Shown here piece by piece: positions 10,957-20,772 of a stretch of 64,000 nucleotides of DNA; within the stretch, counting starts at the first letter, position 1, and every line of letters starts with the position of its first letter. Under the pieces are notes generated by a model. That model saw nothing but the letters and a program-made list of their open reading frames with translations, had not been told where the DNA came from and ran no database searches. Source of the DNA: an uncultured Nitrospiraceae bacterium (GTDB lineage: Bacteria > Nitrospirota > Nitrospiria > Nitrospirales > Nitrospiraceae); the NCBI GenBank assembly GCA_963706325.1, contig CAVPLT010000004.1, forward strand, positions 544,001 to 608,000, given 5' to 3'. The position numbers and the translations under genes are program-made.

Positions 10957-11301
10957 TCACTCGTCATACTTGCGGGCATTGCCGTAGGACTTCTCGACGG
11001 GATACTTGGTCTCGTTCTTTTTCAACTTCGAGAGCACCGCGGCATTCACATCCAAGCCAAGGTCATGGCAAAGGTACGAGAGGAGGATCACCACATCGGC
11101 GATTTCATCCTCGACGCGTGCTCTCGACGGGCTTTCCAGCAGGCGGGCCACCTCGTCGTGCGATTTCCATTGAAAGATCTCCAGCAGTTCGCTTGCTTCC
11201 ACCGTCATGGCGGCGGCGAGTTCCTTGGGCTTGTGAAACTGCTCCCAGTCACGCTTCCGTCGAAATTCCAGCACCGCCGCCAACACATTCGCGCTCAACA
11301 T
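10957..11301 (-). CDS. MazG-like nucleotide pyrophosphohydrolase (DCTPP1/RS21-C6-like)
   Basis: RDWEQFHKPKELA, EASELLEIFQW, EIADV, K...N..KYP. Confidence 0.9.
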   Translation of the reverse strand: MLSANVLAAVLEFRRKRDWEQFHKPKELAAAMTVEASELLEIFQWKSHDEVARLLESPSRARVEDEIADVVILLSYLCHDLGLDVNAAVLSKLKKNETKYPVEKSYGNARKYDE

Positions 11302-11638
11302 TGAGGTCTTCTCCTGCTATTCATGCTGCGAGATGGACATTGTCTTGGCGTTCGACATCACATAAGGCGCCGGGGAATGCCGGATGCAGCGGCGCCCCAT
11401 CGAGGGCAGTGTACGGGCTCGTGATGATGATTGCCAGACCTGACGCAGCTGTGATGCCTTTATCGTAGGGGGGAGCCTAATTGAAAAATGGTAGCGAGTA
11501 GGTAGAGGATGAGGCAGGAACAGGCAGGCTACGAGAGGGTCCACGGATCTCTTTGGTTTCTGTCTGTCTCCATTGGCTGAAAATCAACGCGCGGGCCACT
11601 CTGCACGCGCGTATTGTCCCGTCACTGCAGGAGGTCCG

Positions 11639-12190
11639 ATGATGAAACTACGACCGGCGTTCGCATTGTTTGCGCTCTTGTTTCTCGGCCCTCCTCTCTA
11701 TGCGCAGAACCTCTGCGCGGATTGTTTCTATGCGGCTGAGGGAGAGGCGCAAAAATGTCTCGAGAGTGTCACCGGGCCAAGCGAACGGAATGCGTGCCTA
11801 GATAACCGGCAGGCGCAGATAAAGGCCTGCAGCCAGGATGACTGTAAGGTGGTAAGAGAAGAAACGGCGGCGACGGAGGCGCGACCGACCCCCAGTCGGC
11901 CTGGCCTTGGGACGTACAGCCCGACGGAAGGCGAGTGGCTGGCGTTGGTCATGAGGGCTACCCTCAGACGGGAGGCCACACCCGACAACCCCTATTCGCT
12001 CGACGTCGTCCTCGCCGGTCCCGACACGCTGCAAATCCTCGCTCGATATCGTCCACCCCTGACCCGAGAGGGTCTGGGCAAGACCATGGAGGCCGCCAGG
12101 GAAGCCATTAAAAACCAGGCGAAGGCCTATGGGTGGGACAAATGGGTGAAGATTCGTGAGACGGTCGAGCTGGAGCCGGGCAAGAAATGA
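11639..12190 (+). CDS. Secreted hypothetical protein with Cys-rich N-terminal domain
   Basis: Signal peptide ending LYA; six Cys in the N-terminal region; GGAGGT RBS. Confidence 0.7.
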   Translation: MMKLRPAFALFALLFLGPPLYAQNLCADCFYAAEGEAQKCLESVTGPSERNACLDNRQAQIKACSQDDCKVVREETAATEARPTPSRPGLGTYSPTEGEWLALVMRATLRREATPDNPYSLDVVLAGPDTLQILARYRPPLTREGLGKTMEAAREAIKNQAKAYGWDKWVKIRETVELEPGKK

Positions 12191-12335
12191 GCCGATTAAA
12201 GCTACCAAATCTTTCCACTATACTGAGCGCGGCAGCCAATCTTGAGGCGTATGAAACTGTTCCTAATTGAGCTTCTGTTGAAACTCCAGCAGGGCTGTCA
12301 GGACATCATTGTTAACCATGGACCTATCTCATCTC

Positions 12336-13280
12336 TCACCCAAGATAAACATTGCCGTTGTGCCATTCCAAAAACTGCGAGGAAGGGCGATCCGATTGCA
12401 TCGAAGGCAAGACGACCAACTTTCTGCCATCCATCGCATAGTAATCCCGGCCATTTTCGAATTCCTCTTTGATCTTCCTACTCACTTCGACTGAAAGGTC
12501 TGGTGTGACTGTCAAATAGCCTGAATCGAACAGTTTGTGAAGGTCGGAGCGAAGCAGTAAACCGTTCGCTGTAGTGTGTGGGCCTAAACTGGAGAATGGT
12601 TGAATGTGAGCGGCTTCAAGTACCGGCAATGTGCGTTCGCCGGTGATGGCGCAACGGCGCGTGTACGCCTCTGTAACAAGAACTCGAAAAGCCCCTTGAC
12701 CAAGTCTGGCTCTGGTTAGGAACTCCGAACCGTACCTTGCCACCTCTTCCGCCGATGGAGAGGCGCCGTCCGCGCGTGGAGGGAGATCTTTCGGAACGAC
12801 TCTCGCAAGTCCGTCGTGGACCGCCATCCAAACCTCATGCCCTACGCTCTCTTCGCTATCATAACTTTTCCCCTGAACAATGCTCGAGGCCCAGTTTGAG
12901 GGTGCGGGAATCCAATCCTCCCTCTTGAGGAAGAAAGGGGCCGTCAAAATGGTGGATCCGATGACTGGATCATGCTCGGGAGGCTTGGTTGATCTGAATT
13001 TCGTAATCAGCGTCCGTAATGATTCAAGCGATGGAGCGCCGTTCTTTATTCCGAATGCTTCCCAAGCCAGGGACAAGGGTAGGTTCGAATGTTTGACGAA
13101 GAAACCGCCCCCGACGATGAAATTTTGAGGGCTATGTAGCTTGAAAAGGAATAGTGCACCAATGGGGATCACCTGGAACGTGCCCGTTCCGCCCGGCCGC
13201 CAGAAGTTGACCTCATCCGGCTTTTGCGAGGCAAGGAACTCAAACCACTTATTGTCCGTTACGCCGACATAGAATTTCAT
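12336..13280 (-). CDS. HNH endonuclease, putative restriction enzyme
   Basis: GQGAFR..V..AY..RCAITG, LEAAHI, NGLLLRSDLHKLFD. Confidence 0.9.
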   Translation of the reverse strand: MKFYVGVTDNKWFEFLASQKPDEVNFWRPGGTGTFQVIPIGALFLFKLHSPQNFIVGGGFFVKHSNLPLSLAWEAFGIKNGAPSLESLRTLITKFRSTKPPEHDPVIGSTILTAPFFLKREDWIPAPSNWASSIVQGKSYDSEESVGHEVWMAVHDGLARVVPKDLPPRADGASPSAEEVARYGSEFLTRARLGQGAFRVLVTEAYTRRCAITGERTLPVLEAAHIQPFSSLGPHTTANGLLLRSDLHKLFDSGYLTVTPDLSVEVSRKIKEEFENGRDYYAMDGRKLVVLPSMQSDRPSSQFLEWHNGNVYLG

Positions 13281-13303
13281 TGCATCAGTACCGCGGTGCG
13301 TGT

Positions 13304-13822
13304 TTAAGCATTCTTTCTCCAATCTGTCCTGAACCCGAGTGCCCGATTTAAGGCGAACGGATCACACGACTGAGTACCTAGACTGTTGCACACGTCGGGC
13401 AGGTGACGGTTCTGACGCGTTTTTGACGGCTTCGAGACCTCGGATGTCACCACCATCCGCGTAATGGGGGCGGCCATTGCGTAAGCCACGAGGAACGGGT
13501 CCCGTCCAAGCTGCTCTAGTTCAGTATCTGTCAGATTGGTGGCGTAGCCCATTGTGATTGCCTTTTGCACTAGAGCAACATCGACGCTCTCGTCTAGCAG
13601 AAAAGCACTCTTAACATCTAATTCCTGAACCCAGCCGTAGAGTAGGTCCTTCTCTCCGTTATTAGGGCCATCATTTATTTCCTCGAAGATTTCCACAGGG
13701 ATCTTTACATATCCCTGTTGCGCCATATGTAGCAGCCACTCCCAGAATTCCGGGACCGACTCTACTGGGTAGTAGGAGTTGTTGGCCGTGATAAGGATGC
13801 TGGCATCGAGAAGGTAAAGCAT
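13304..13822 (-). CDS. DUF4411 family PIN-like protein
   Basis: YLLDASILI, FWEWL, DPFLVAYA, VVTSE, LPDVC. Confidence 0.85.
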   Translation of the reverse strand: MLYLLDASILITANNSYYPVESVPEFWEWLLHMAQQGYVKIPVEIFEEINDGPNNGEKDLLYGWVQELDVKSAFLLDESVDVALVQKAITMGYATNLTDTELEQLGRDPFLVAYAMAAPITRMVVTSEVSKPSKTRQNRHLPDVCNSLGTQSCDPFALNRALGFRTDWRKNA

Positions 13823-13825
13823 CCG

Positions 13826-15013
13826 TTATTCTCTGGTGCCAGTGGTGCGAAGACGACTTGGAGTCATCAGCAACGGATAAACGCTGCGTGGCTTCACGCC
13901 AAGAACCTTTGCAGCCTTCACGGGGGTGAGTGTCCCCGCCCCAATGGATCGGTCGACCAAATTGAGTAGTGCCTGGCCCAAATGATAGCGCCGTACCACG
14001 TAGTAGGATGGCCCACTGCCAGCTACCTTTTCCTTCTGCTTCCGCACGGCCGTTTCTCTAATCCAGAGATCATTTAGTGTCCCATCAAGACGGCCCCAAG
14101 CCGCCTGACTTAGCTGGCCAGATCGAAACAGTGCGTAGGCCACCATTTTCCGACTTAGATGGCGGGCATTGGCAAAACTGCTAACCAGCTGAATCAGATC
14201 CTCGGACGGCGTGTCGTTGTGAATCCTTAGCGTGACCAACTCTTCCTTCGGCAGAAGAAAGTTGCTGGCTACTTCATTGCAAAACTTTTCTACCGCCTGC
14301 TCCGTGCTGCTACCGCTTATGCCGGATGTGCCTAACCACAGATGCGCGATTTCGTGCATTAACGTAAACGACCATGCTGTCTTTGCGTCTTGGTCATTAA
14401 TGATCACAAATGGTGCGAACTTGTCCGCGATGACAAACCCACGAAAGGTTTCGACCGCGATGGCGCTATGGTGACTGCCCAGATTCCCGATCAATAAAAC
14501 AAAGATCCCGGCACTTTCCGCCTTATTGCGTAAATACGAAAAGGCCTCTTTCGCAGTTTTCTGCTGCCGATAGTCAGCAATGTTGATCTGCAGCGTGTTC
14601 TGAATGGACGCGAGAACAGAATCAACGCTGTTCCGCATTGACTTGGAGCCGATAAAGGCCAAGGGCGCGGCCTCATCATCGTCTTCCGCCAGCGAACGCA
14701 CGACCGCCTGCCGTGCCTTAACGTCACGAATCAAGGCATCAAGCAAGGCGTCAACGGTGATCGAGCGGCTCTCAGGAAGTGTTCTGAAATCCTCGCCGCG
14801 ATCCCCCTTCTTGGGTGGCACCGGCAGGTAGAAAGTCACCAGCGGCCTGCGGTATTGCTTAGCCATTTTTAGGACGAGAGACCGGGACGGTTCTTCACCG
14901 CCAGATTCTATGGCCCTCAGCCGCTCAGCATCTTTAACGCCGAGAGCACTGGCGGCTTGTTCTAAAGACAGGCCCGAGGTTTCGCGCGCCCAGCGGAACA
15001 GCTCAGCGTTCAT
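13826..15013 (-). CDS. XRE-HTH + ImmA/IrrE Zn metallopeptidase
   Basis: N-terminal WARETSGLSLEQAA HTH; FTLMHEIAHLW HExxH; E.FCN..AS.FLLP. Confidence 0.92.
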   Translation of the reverse strand: MNAELFRWARETSGLSLEQAASALGVKDAERLRAIESGGEEPSRSLVLKMAKQYRRPLVTFYLPVPPKKGDRGEDFRTLPESRSITVDALLDALIRDVKARQAVVRSLAEDDDEAAPLAFIGSKSMRNSVDSVLASIQNTLQINIADYRQQKTAKEAFSYLRNKAESAGIFVLLIGNLGSHHSAIAVETFRGFVIADKFAPFVIINDQDAKTAWSFTLMHEIAHLWLGTSGISGSSTEQAVEKFCNEVASNFLLPKEELVTLRIHNDTPSEDLIQLVSSFANARHLSRKMVAYALFRSGQLSQAAWGRLDGTLNDLWIRETAVRKQKEKVAGSGPSYYVVRRYHLGQALLNLVDRSIGAGTLTPVKAAKVLGVKPRSVYPLLMTPSRLRTTGTRE

Positions 15014-15558
15014 AGCCCTCGTTTGGTGGCTCGCATGTTATTTCACGCACTGACTATCTGGGATGGTTTTCTCGTCACTAGCAACGCCACAGGTCCGACC
15101 TGCTTGAGACAGTGGATCGCGTATAGACACGCTAGCCTTATTTGTCACGACAGGCTTGAGCGAGCAAATTGAAGGTCATAATTAGAAGTGGGAAGCTCCA
15201 ATGACATTCATCTAGGGATTGCATGCAGCCTCGCTAGTTCCAGCCATGACACCGATAGACTCTGCCAGCACTTGGCTTATGCCGCCGCAGGATACCTTTT
15301 CCCATGTTTTTAATCACTTGCGTTTTTACGAGGAAATGCCGCTGGAAGCGTATGACGAGGGAGATGGCACCCGTCCATACTCAACGTTCCATGGGAAATG
15401 GAAACAACGTGCCGCATGTAGGATGTAGAGTGGTCGGAAGGGAAGAACTAAAGAACCCAGAGGAACTAGATGAGCCAAAGATACCAAGCGAATGGGAAGG
15501 TGGGGGTGTCTGAATGTCATCTGAGATCCGGGGGTACCTGCGCCACACCGTGGATGCG

Positions 15559-16080
15559 CTATCTGGTGTGGTCCTGACATCGTGCCTGCCAGTCATCTCC
15601 CATTCCCTTGCTGCCGACGATGATGACTTCTTGTCCGGCGCGGACTGAGCAGGTGATGCGCAACGGCGACGTGGAGGCCCAGACGACTCGAGAACCTTCA
15701 TTCGGTCTAGCACCCATTGGAGCCGGCCTTCCCCCCAGGACCATGCCCGAGCTCATGACAGGGGCGTCCGCTTTCGGAGACTGTTGCTTGGCGCTCAGCT
15801 CGATGTGGTGTTCACCCGGCAACAAGGCGAAGTCGGCGCAGCTGTTGGTAATGTCCTCGCCGTCAATTTGCGTCGTCATGATCGTCAGTCCGCTCCCTTC
15901 GTTGCATCCACTGCGTACGATCCCCACCTGCTCCTTGGGGAGCGGCGGTCCGTCATACATTTGTCGCGGGCTCAGACTCTGGGCACAGCCCATGGCCACG
16001 AGTCCGGTTACTATGAGGAACGCGTGGCGTGACCACCGTAATGCTGGGCCGAAAAAACCAGGGGCAGGTTGCGTCATCAT
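15559..16080 (-). CDS. Putative lipoprotein
   Basis: Lipobox-like AMGC; YDGPPLP and LLPGEH.IE motifs. Confidence 0.65.
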   Translation of the reverse strand: MMTQPAPGFFGPALRWSRHAFLIVTGLVAMGCAQSLSPRQMYDGPPLPKEQVGIVRSGCNEGSGLTIMTTQIDGEDITNSCADFALLPGEHHIELSAKQQSPKADAPVMSSGMVLGGRPAPMGARPNEGSRVVWASTSPLRITCSVRAGQEVIIVGSKGMGDDWQARCQDHTR

Positions 16081-16351
16081 CCAATCACCTCTAGATCACC
16101 GGCTGTTGAGGTTGTTTCGCCCGATATGGCTCAACGCAGGCGAAGGTTCCATACAGTATCGCTGCCGAAGCATACCGGTTTCGCCGCGAGAAATCACCTC
16201 GTCTCAGGGATAGAGTTGAATGGATTGCTGCCTTCATGAAGCTTATCCCGTCTTGGATCAAAGCGTTCGAATGCCGGTGGGCAACCGGTAAGAGATACAG
16301 CGTTGCCGGGTGGGAGGCCACCCATAATCACGACGTCGGGACAGAGAAGCC

Positions 16352-16645
16352 CTAGGCAGCTTTGGCGGCAGCTTTTTCTAACAATTCGTGAATCAGCGAC
16401 TGATAGGGCTTTCCTTGCTTGGCGGCCATCTTGCGAAGTTGGCTCAACAGCTTCGGGGAGAGACGAATGGCGATCAGCTGCTTGGCCATGCCGCTGGCCG
16501 GTCGGCCGGCCCGACGCATGCGCTGTAACTCTGCGTCCGTGGCTTCCGGAATGTCGGAGAAATCAATCTGCGAGTCGGGTATAGGCTTGACGTTCTTTTC
16601 GACTCGCCTGCCTTGCGCAGATGATCCGGATGGTTTCTTTTTCAC
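16352..16645 (-). CDS. brnA: BrnA-type antitoxin with C-terminal RHH/CopG domain
   Basis: IDFSDIPE, GRP...K..IAIRL, A.KQGKPYQSLI; overlaps the 3' end of brnT. Confidence 0.8.
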   Translation of the reverse strand: MKKKPSGSSAQGRRVEKNVKPIPDSQIDFSDIPEATDAELQRMRRAGRPASGMAKQLIAIRLSPKLLSQLRKMAAKQGKPYQSLIHELLEKAAAKAA

Positions 16646-16852
16646 GGTCTCGCCTTCGTATCGTATTCACCACGAAAAGGATTCGGCCAGACAGCGATCG
16701 TCCTATGCGCTGACGACGAGGTTCCTGCGCGGAGTGTTGAGGATCGTCTTCGTCAATTCATTGGCGTCGACAAAGATGGTGCTCGCCTCTTCGAAGGGGA
16801 TACCATGTTTTTCGAAGTTGGCAATGGCCTTCGTGATGTCCCATGTGAACAC
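16563..16852 (-). pseudogene. brnT: BrnT toxin, frameshifted
   Basis: GTG-FTWDITKAIANFEKHGIPFEEASTIF in one frame; DPQHSAQEPR..IGRSLSGRILFVV..TIRIICARQASRKERQAY in another; total 290 nt. Confidence 0.8.
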
Positions 16853-16889
16853 ATTCTCGTATATACGCTAATGCTTCCTCGGTCGCAAG

Positions 16890-16980
16890 TCTCAGTGACG
16901 GCGATGACGCGCCCTACATTGAGATGGCCGGCGACCAGCATGTCGCTTATGACGTTCACGCGAGAGCGATGTGTAGCAAC
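16890..16980 (-). pseudogene. Decayed copy of the DAACS symporter 3' end (remnant 2)
   Basis: Translates RSRVNVISDMLVAGHLNVG versus RSGVNVLSDMLVAILLDVG in the 20773-22131 gene. Confidence 0.75.
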
Positions 16981-17104
16981 GGCTCTCCGGTTGCGCGAGC
17001 CTAAGGGATCATCTAGGCTCTGTTCTCAAGCTGTCCCTTGCGCGTCGTGAACGATGCGCAAGGGCTGATCGACCAGTTCAACGGTGTGGGAGAGGAGGAG
17101 TGCT

Positions 17105-18373
17105 GTGACTGTGACCGAGGAGATCCTGCCGACGAAGACCGATGACTATGTTCGCATGCGGGCCTTGGCCACGGGACTTTTGTTATTCATGGCGCTGCTG
17201 TTCCTCGTCGCTCTGTTCAACCAAGAGGCGCATCCTTTGTTCGCATGGCTGCGGGCCTTCGCCGAGGCCGCGATGGTGGGCGCACTCGCCGACTGGTATG
17301 CGGTGACGGCGCTGTTCAGACATCCTCTCGGGTTGCCGATCCCGCACACGGCCATCATCTCCGGAAATACCGAGCGCATTGCCTCCAACATTGGCAGCCT
17401 CACCCAGCGGAAGCTGGTCACGCCGGGCGGGATCGCCAAGCTGGTCGGTTCCTGGCGTATCCCTGACGAGCTGATCGAGGCGCTCCTCGCTCCCGAACGC
17501 CGGCGCGCGCTGACTCACGAGCTGGCCCAGCTGCTGGTGCGGGCACTCAACGCGTCGGAAGATGCGGCGATGCAGCGGGTACTTCGTGACATTGTCACCA
17601 AGGTTATCCGTGGGGTGACGGTCGCGCCTCTGGCCGGTCGCATGTTGTCTAGCTTTCTCGAAAGCCACCAACGGGATCGGCTCTTACATGACATCCTGTC
17701 GGCGGCGCTCGAGTACCTTGAGACCCACAGAGTTTCTTTGAGCAGGACCGTGGCGGGAAAACTCCCCTGGTCGCGCCTGCTCAGTTTCGTGAAGCTGGAT
17801 GACCGGGTGTCTCAGAAAGTGTTGGATTCTTTCTACGACACGCTCAGCACGATGCGAGACGATCCGCACGATCCGCTGAGGCTGAAGGCGATTGGGCGGC
17901 TGCATGATTTGTCGCGGTGGCTCATACAGTCCGAGGACGCCTTGACGCGGGAGGCGTCACTCAAGGACAAGCTGCTGGCTTACGACACCTTGCTGCAGTT
18001 CTTTGATGATTCATGGCACCAGCTCAAACAGTGGATGCTCGACGATTTGACCCAGGAGCCATCCGACATCAGGGCCTATCTCGATACCGCCTTGGCCGAT
18101 GTGGGGCGCACGTTGCAGCGGGATGCCGCCTTGCGGAGCATGTTGCACGATGGCGTGCAGGGTCTGGTCGAGGCGCTCGCGACCAGACACAGCGACAAGA
18201 TCGGGGAGTTGGTAGCCAACACGGTCCGGGAATGGTCCCCGGCTCAGATGGTGGAGACCATCGAACGGGAGGTCGGCAAGGATCTGCAATACATTCGCAT
18301 CAATGGAACGCTCGTCGGCGGCCTCGTGGGATTGCTCCTCCATGCTCTGGCGCTGTGGATCGGGGGATGGTAA
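17105..18373 (+). CDS. DUF445 family membrane protein
   Basis: AEAAMVGALADWYAVTALFRHPLGLPIPHTAII; DLQYIRINGTLVGGLVG. Confidence 0.93.
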   Translation: MTVTEEILPTKTDDYVRMRALATGLLLFMALLFLVALFNQEAHPLFAWLRAFAEAAMVGALADWYAVTALFRHPLGLPIPHTAIISGNTERIASNIGSLTQRKLVTPGGIAKLVGSWRIPDELIEALLAPERRRALTHELAQLLVRALNASEDAAMQRVLRDIVTKVIRGVTVAPLAGRMLSSFLESHQRDRLLHDILSAALEYLETHRVSLSRTVAGKLPWSRLLSFVKLDDRVSQKVLDSFYDTLSTMRDDPHDPLRLKAIGRLHDLSRWLIQSEDALTREASLKDKLLAYDTLLQFFDDSWHQLKQWMLDDLTQEPSDIRAYLDTALADVGRTLQRDAALRSMLHDGVQGLVEALATRHSDKIGELVANTVREWSPAQMVETIEREVGKDLQYIRINGTLVGGLVGLLLHALALWIGGW

Positions 18374-18461
18374 ACGGAGGGAGTGCTACCATGCGCCATG
18401 CATGGTCCTACGTTGTGGGCCGGCAAAAGAGGGGAACTGTCGTAGCGCGCGAGACGTCGGG

Positions 18462-18814
18462 TTAGCCTTTTGATGGGCGCTTGGGCATGTGTTTGAGGAG
18501 AGTGTTGATTTGTTTCTTGAGGGTAGGTAGATCTCGTTCCACCACTGCCCACACTTCTCCCAGGTCAATGCCGAGATAGTCATGGACCAACACATGGCGC
18601 ATTTTGATGATCTGCGGCCAGGGGACGTGCTGATGAGTCTCGCGAAACTTGGGGGTGAGCTGGCTTGCTGCTTCGCCGATGATCTGACTATGGTGAATCA
18701 TCCAGGTGTGGATGAGTTCATCTTCCTCGAAGACTCGCCTGCCGCGCTTTGCATACCGTTCAATCCGCCTGATGGCATCACGGATACCCCGAGGCGGTTG
18801 CGATGCTCCCTCAT
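18462..18814 (-). pseudogene. hepT: HepT/DUF86 HEPN toxin, frameshift after about codon 8
   Basis: ATG overlaps the mntA stop (ATGA); MREHRNRL then shifts into GIRDAIRRIERY; IIGEAA, PW..I..MRHVLVHDY (RxxxxH). Confidence 0.8.
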
Positions 18815-19101
18815 AGGGTGATCGCGTCTTTGAGGACTTCCTTCCGAATCGGTCCGCGAAGTCCGCGCTCCGAGGCGACGTCAACCGGCCGTTTGAGCAG
18901 GCGTTCCAAATCCAGAATTAAGGCCGAACGATCGAGAAGGCTGCGGCCTTCTTCCATGTCCACGAGGAAGTCGACGTCGCTTCCTCGCCGGGCCGTTCCT
19001 CTCGCCACCGACCCGAACAGCCGCACCTTTCGTGCGCCGTGACGCGCGGCGATCTCAAGGATTGCTTTTCTTTTAGACTGAAGCAGCCGGCGGATACTCA
19101 T
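18811..19101 (-). CDS. mntA: MNT-family nucleotidyltransferase antitoxin
   Basis: LFGSVARG...SDVDFLV (GSx10DxD). Confidence 0.92.
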   Translation of the reverse strand: MSIRRLLQSKRKAILEIAARHGARKVRLFGSVARGTARRGSDVDFLVDMEEGRSLLDRSALILDLERLLKRPVDVASERGLRGPIRKEVLKDAITL

Positions 19102-19251
19102 TCCTCGTCTCCTTCCCTCAGTTTATCCAATTCATGGGTTGAACGCCAGCAAGTGACCGATCCTGTGTTCAAGTTGTTTGGAGAGGCGTTGGCGAGACCG
19201 GAGGTCGAACAGATGCTCGAAGAAGTGCTCCAGAATGGTCATGTGGTTGCG

Positions 19252-19463
19252 CCGCGCTTTGGAGCATGCTCAAGATGGCGCTAAGCCAATTGCCGGCACT
19301 CCTCAGGAAATCTGTGGCTCGGTGGGAGGAGTGGCTTCGGCTGGGCACGGGATGGCAGCTGGTTCGGTGGCGGGCGTGAGGACGTGCCCTCTATCGAGGA
19401 GGATGGCGACTATGTCGCTCATGACGTTCACGCCCTAGCGGGCGCGGGCGATGATTCAATCCA
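19252..19463 (-). pseudogene. Duplicated 3' end and downstream flank of the DAACS symporter (remnant 1)
   Basis: Aligns with about 20720-20933 (CTCAGGAAATCTGTGGCTCGG, GTGGCTTCGGCTGGGCA, GACGTTCACGCC, GGCGCGGGCGATGAT.CAATCCA); substitutions and in-frame stops. Confidence 0.9.
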
Positions 19464-19545
19464 AGCTCAAGACTCCGTATTCTCTTTTATTCAGGTTTCA
19501 ATGTCTCAATAGCGTAATGGGAGTCCGAAATAGGGTAACAACCCG

Positions 19546-20610
19546 TCACTTGTTACCCCGTTTCGGCTGGGCATTACGCCATTTCGCACCCCGTCCTTTG
19601 CCGACCGGAATGATCACCCCGGCTTCCCGAAGTTGGCCAAGCACATGGCGAATCATGTCCCGACTGACTTTAGGGCAGGCCTTTTCCATATCGGTGATGC
19701 TGAAGTCTGCAATGAAACCGTCAATCGCATTGCGGATCATATCGGTCTTGCTGCCGTGCCCCTTGCTGATCCGCCCAAATCGGCTTTCGAACTCATCGTA
19801 GGCGGCCAAGAGCGTCGAAAGGAAATACTCGGCCCAGGGCAACAGATCGTGACGGCTCTCGTGCCATCCCTGAGAAGAGGTGTAGAGGGTGTCGTAGTAG
19901 GATGGCTTCGATTGCTCGATGATCCGCTCCAGGCTGACGTAGCGACCGACCTCATAGCCATGGTGATAGAGGAGCAGCAAGGCCACCAGCCGAGCCAGCC
20001 GCCCGTTGCCGTCGAGGAAAGGATGGATGCAGAGAAAGTCCAGCACATACAAGGGAATCAGCAAGAGCGGGTCCCATTCCAGCGCCTGTTCCAATTCATT
20101 GAATCGCGCATGCAACAGGCGCATCGCCTCATCTGTCAAATGAGGCGCGACGGGGTTGAACCGGATGCGTTTAGCCCCATCCGGTAGGGTCTCGGAGATT
20201 TCGTTGGACGCGGATTTCCATTTTCCTCCATCTGCGCCGGCATATTTCATGAGATCGCGATGGAGTTGCAGCACCACGCGCTCGGTAAAGGGCATATGCT
20301 CGTGGCTGTGGTGAATCGTATTGAGCACGTCCCGATACCCGGCGATTTCCGCCTCTGACCGATTGGCGGGTTTGGCTCGCTCTGCCACGATCGCCCGCAG
20401 CCGCTTGTCGTCCGCGACAATGCCCTCGATGCGGTTGGATGACTCGGTGCTCTGGATGAGAGCCACCTGGCGCAGGTTCTCCAGCATCTCAGGCGCCTGC
20501 TTCTTGAACAGTTCCTGCCGCCCCTTGTGCTCACCCAGCTTACGAATCATCGTAATGATCCGGTGTGGGATGACCAGCTTGTCGAGATACCCGTGATCGA
20601 ATGAGCTCAT
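19546..20610 (-). CDS. Fic family protein with C-terminal wHTH
   Basis: HPFLDGNGRLAR catalytic motif; N-terminal SNRIEG autoinhibitory motif. Confidence 0.93.
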   Translation of the reverse strand: MSSFDHGYLDKLVIPHRIITMIRKLGEHKGRQELFKKQAPEMLENLRQVALIQSTESSNRIEGIVADDKRLRAIVAERAKPANRSEAEIAGYRDVLNTIHHSHEHMPFTERVVLQLHRDLMKYAGADGGKWKSASNEISETLPDGAKRIRFNPVAPHLTDEAMRLLHARFNELEQALEWDPLLLIPLYVLDFLCIHPFLDGNGRLARLVALLLLYHHGYEVGRYVSLERIIEQSKPSYYDTLYTSSQGWHESRHDLLPWAEYFLSTLLAAYDEFESRFGRISKGHGSKTDMIRNAIDGFIADFSITDMEKACPKVSRDMIRHVLGQLREAGVIIPVGKGRGAKWRNAQPKRGNK

Positions 20611-20772
20611 GACTCCAGAGCCTCCCATTCGAGAATACCCGTTTCCATATTTTTTATCATCGTTTGCATGCATGAGGAGCCGCGTGCGAGGACGGGACGG
20701 TTAGGTGGAAGGTTAATGACCGCGGCTTTGGCGCACGCTCCCGGTGATACCGACGCGAGACGCCGGCATTGC

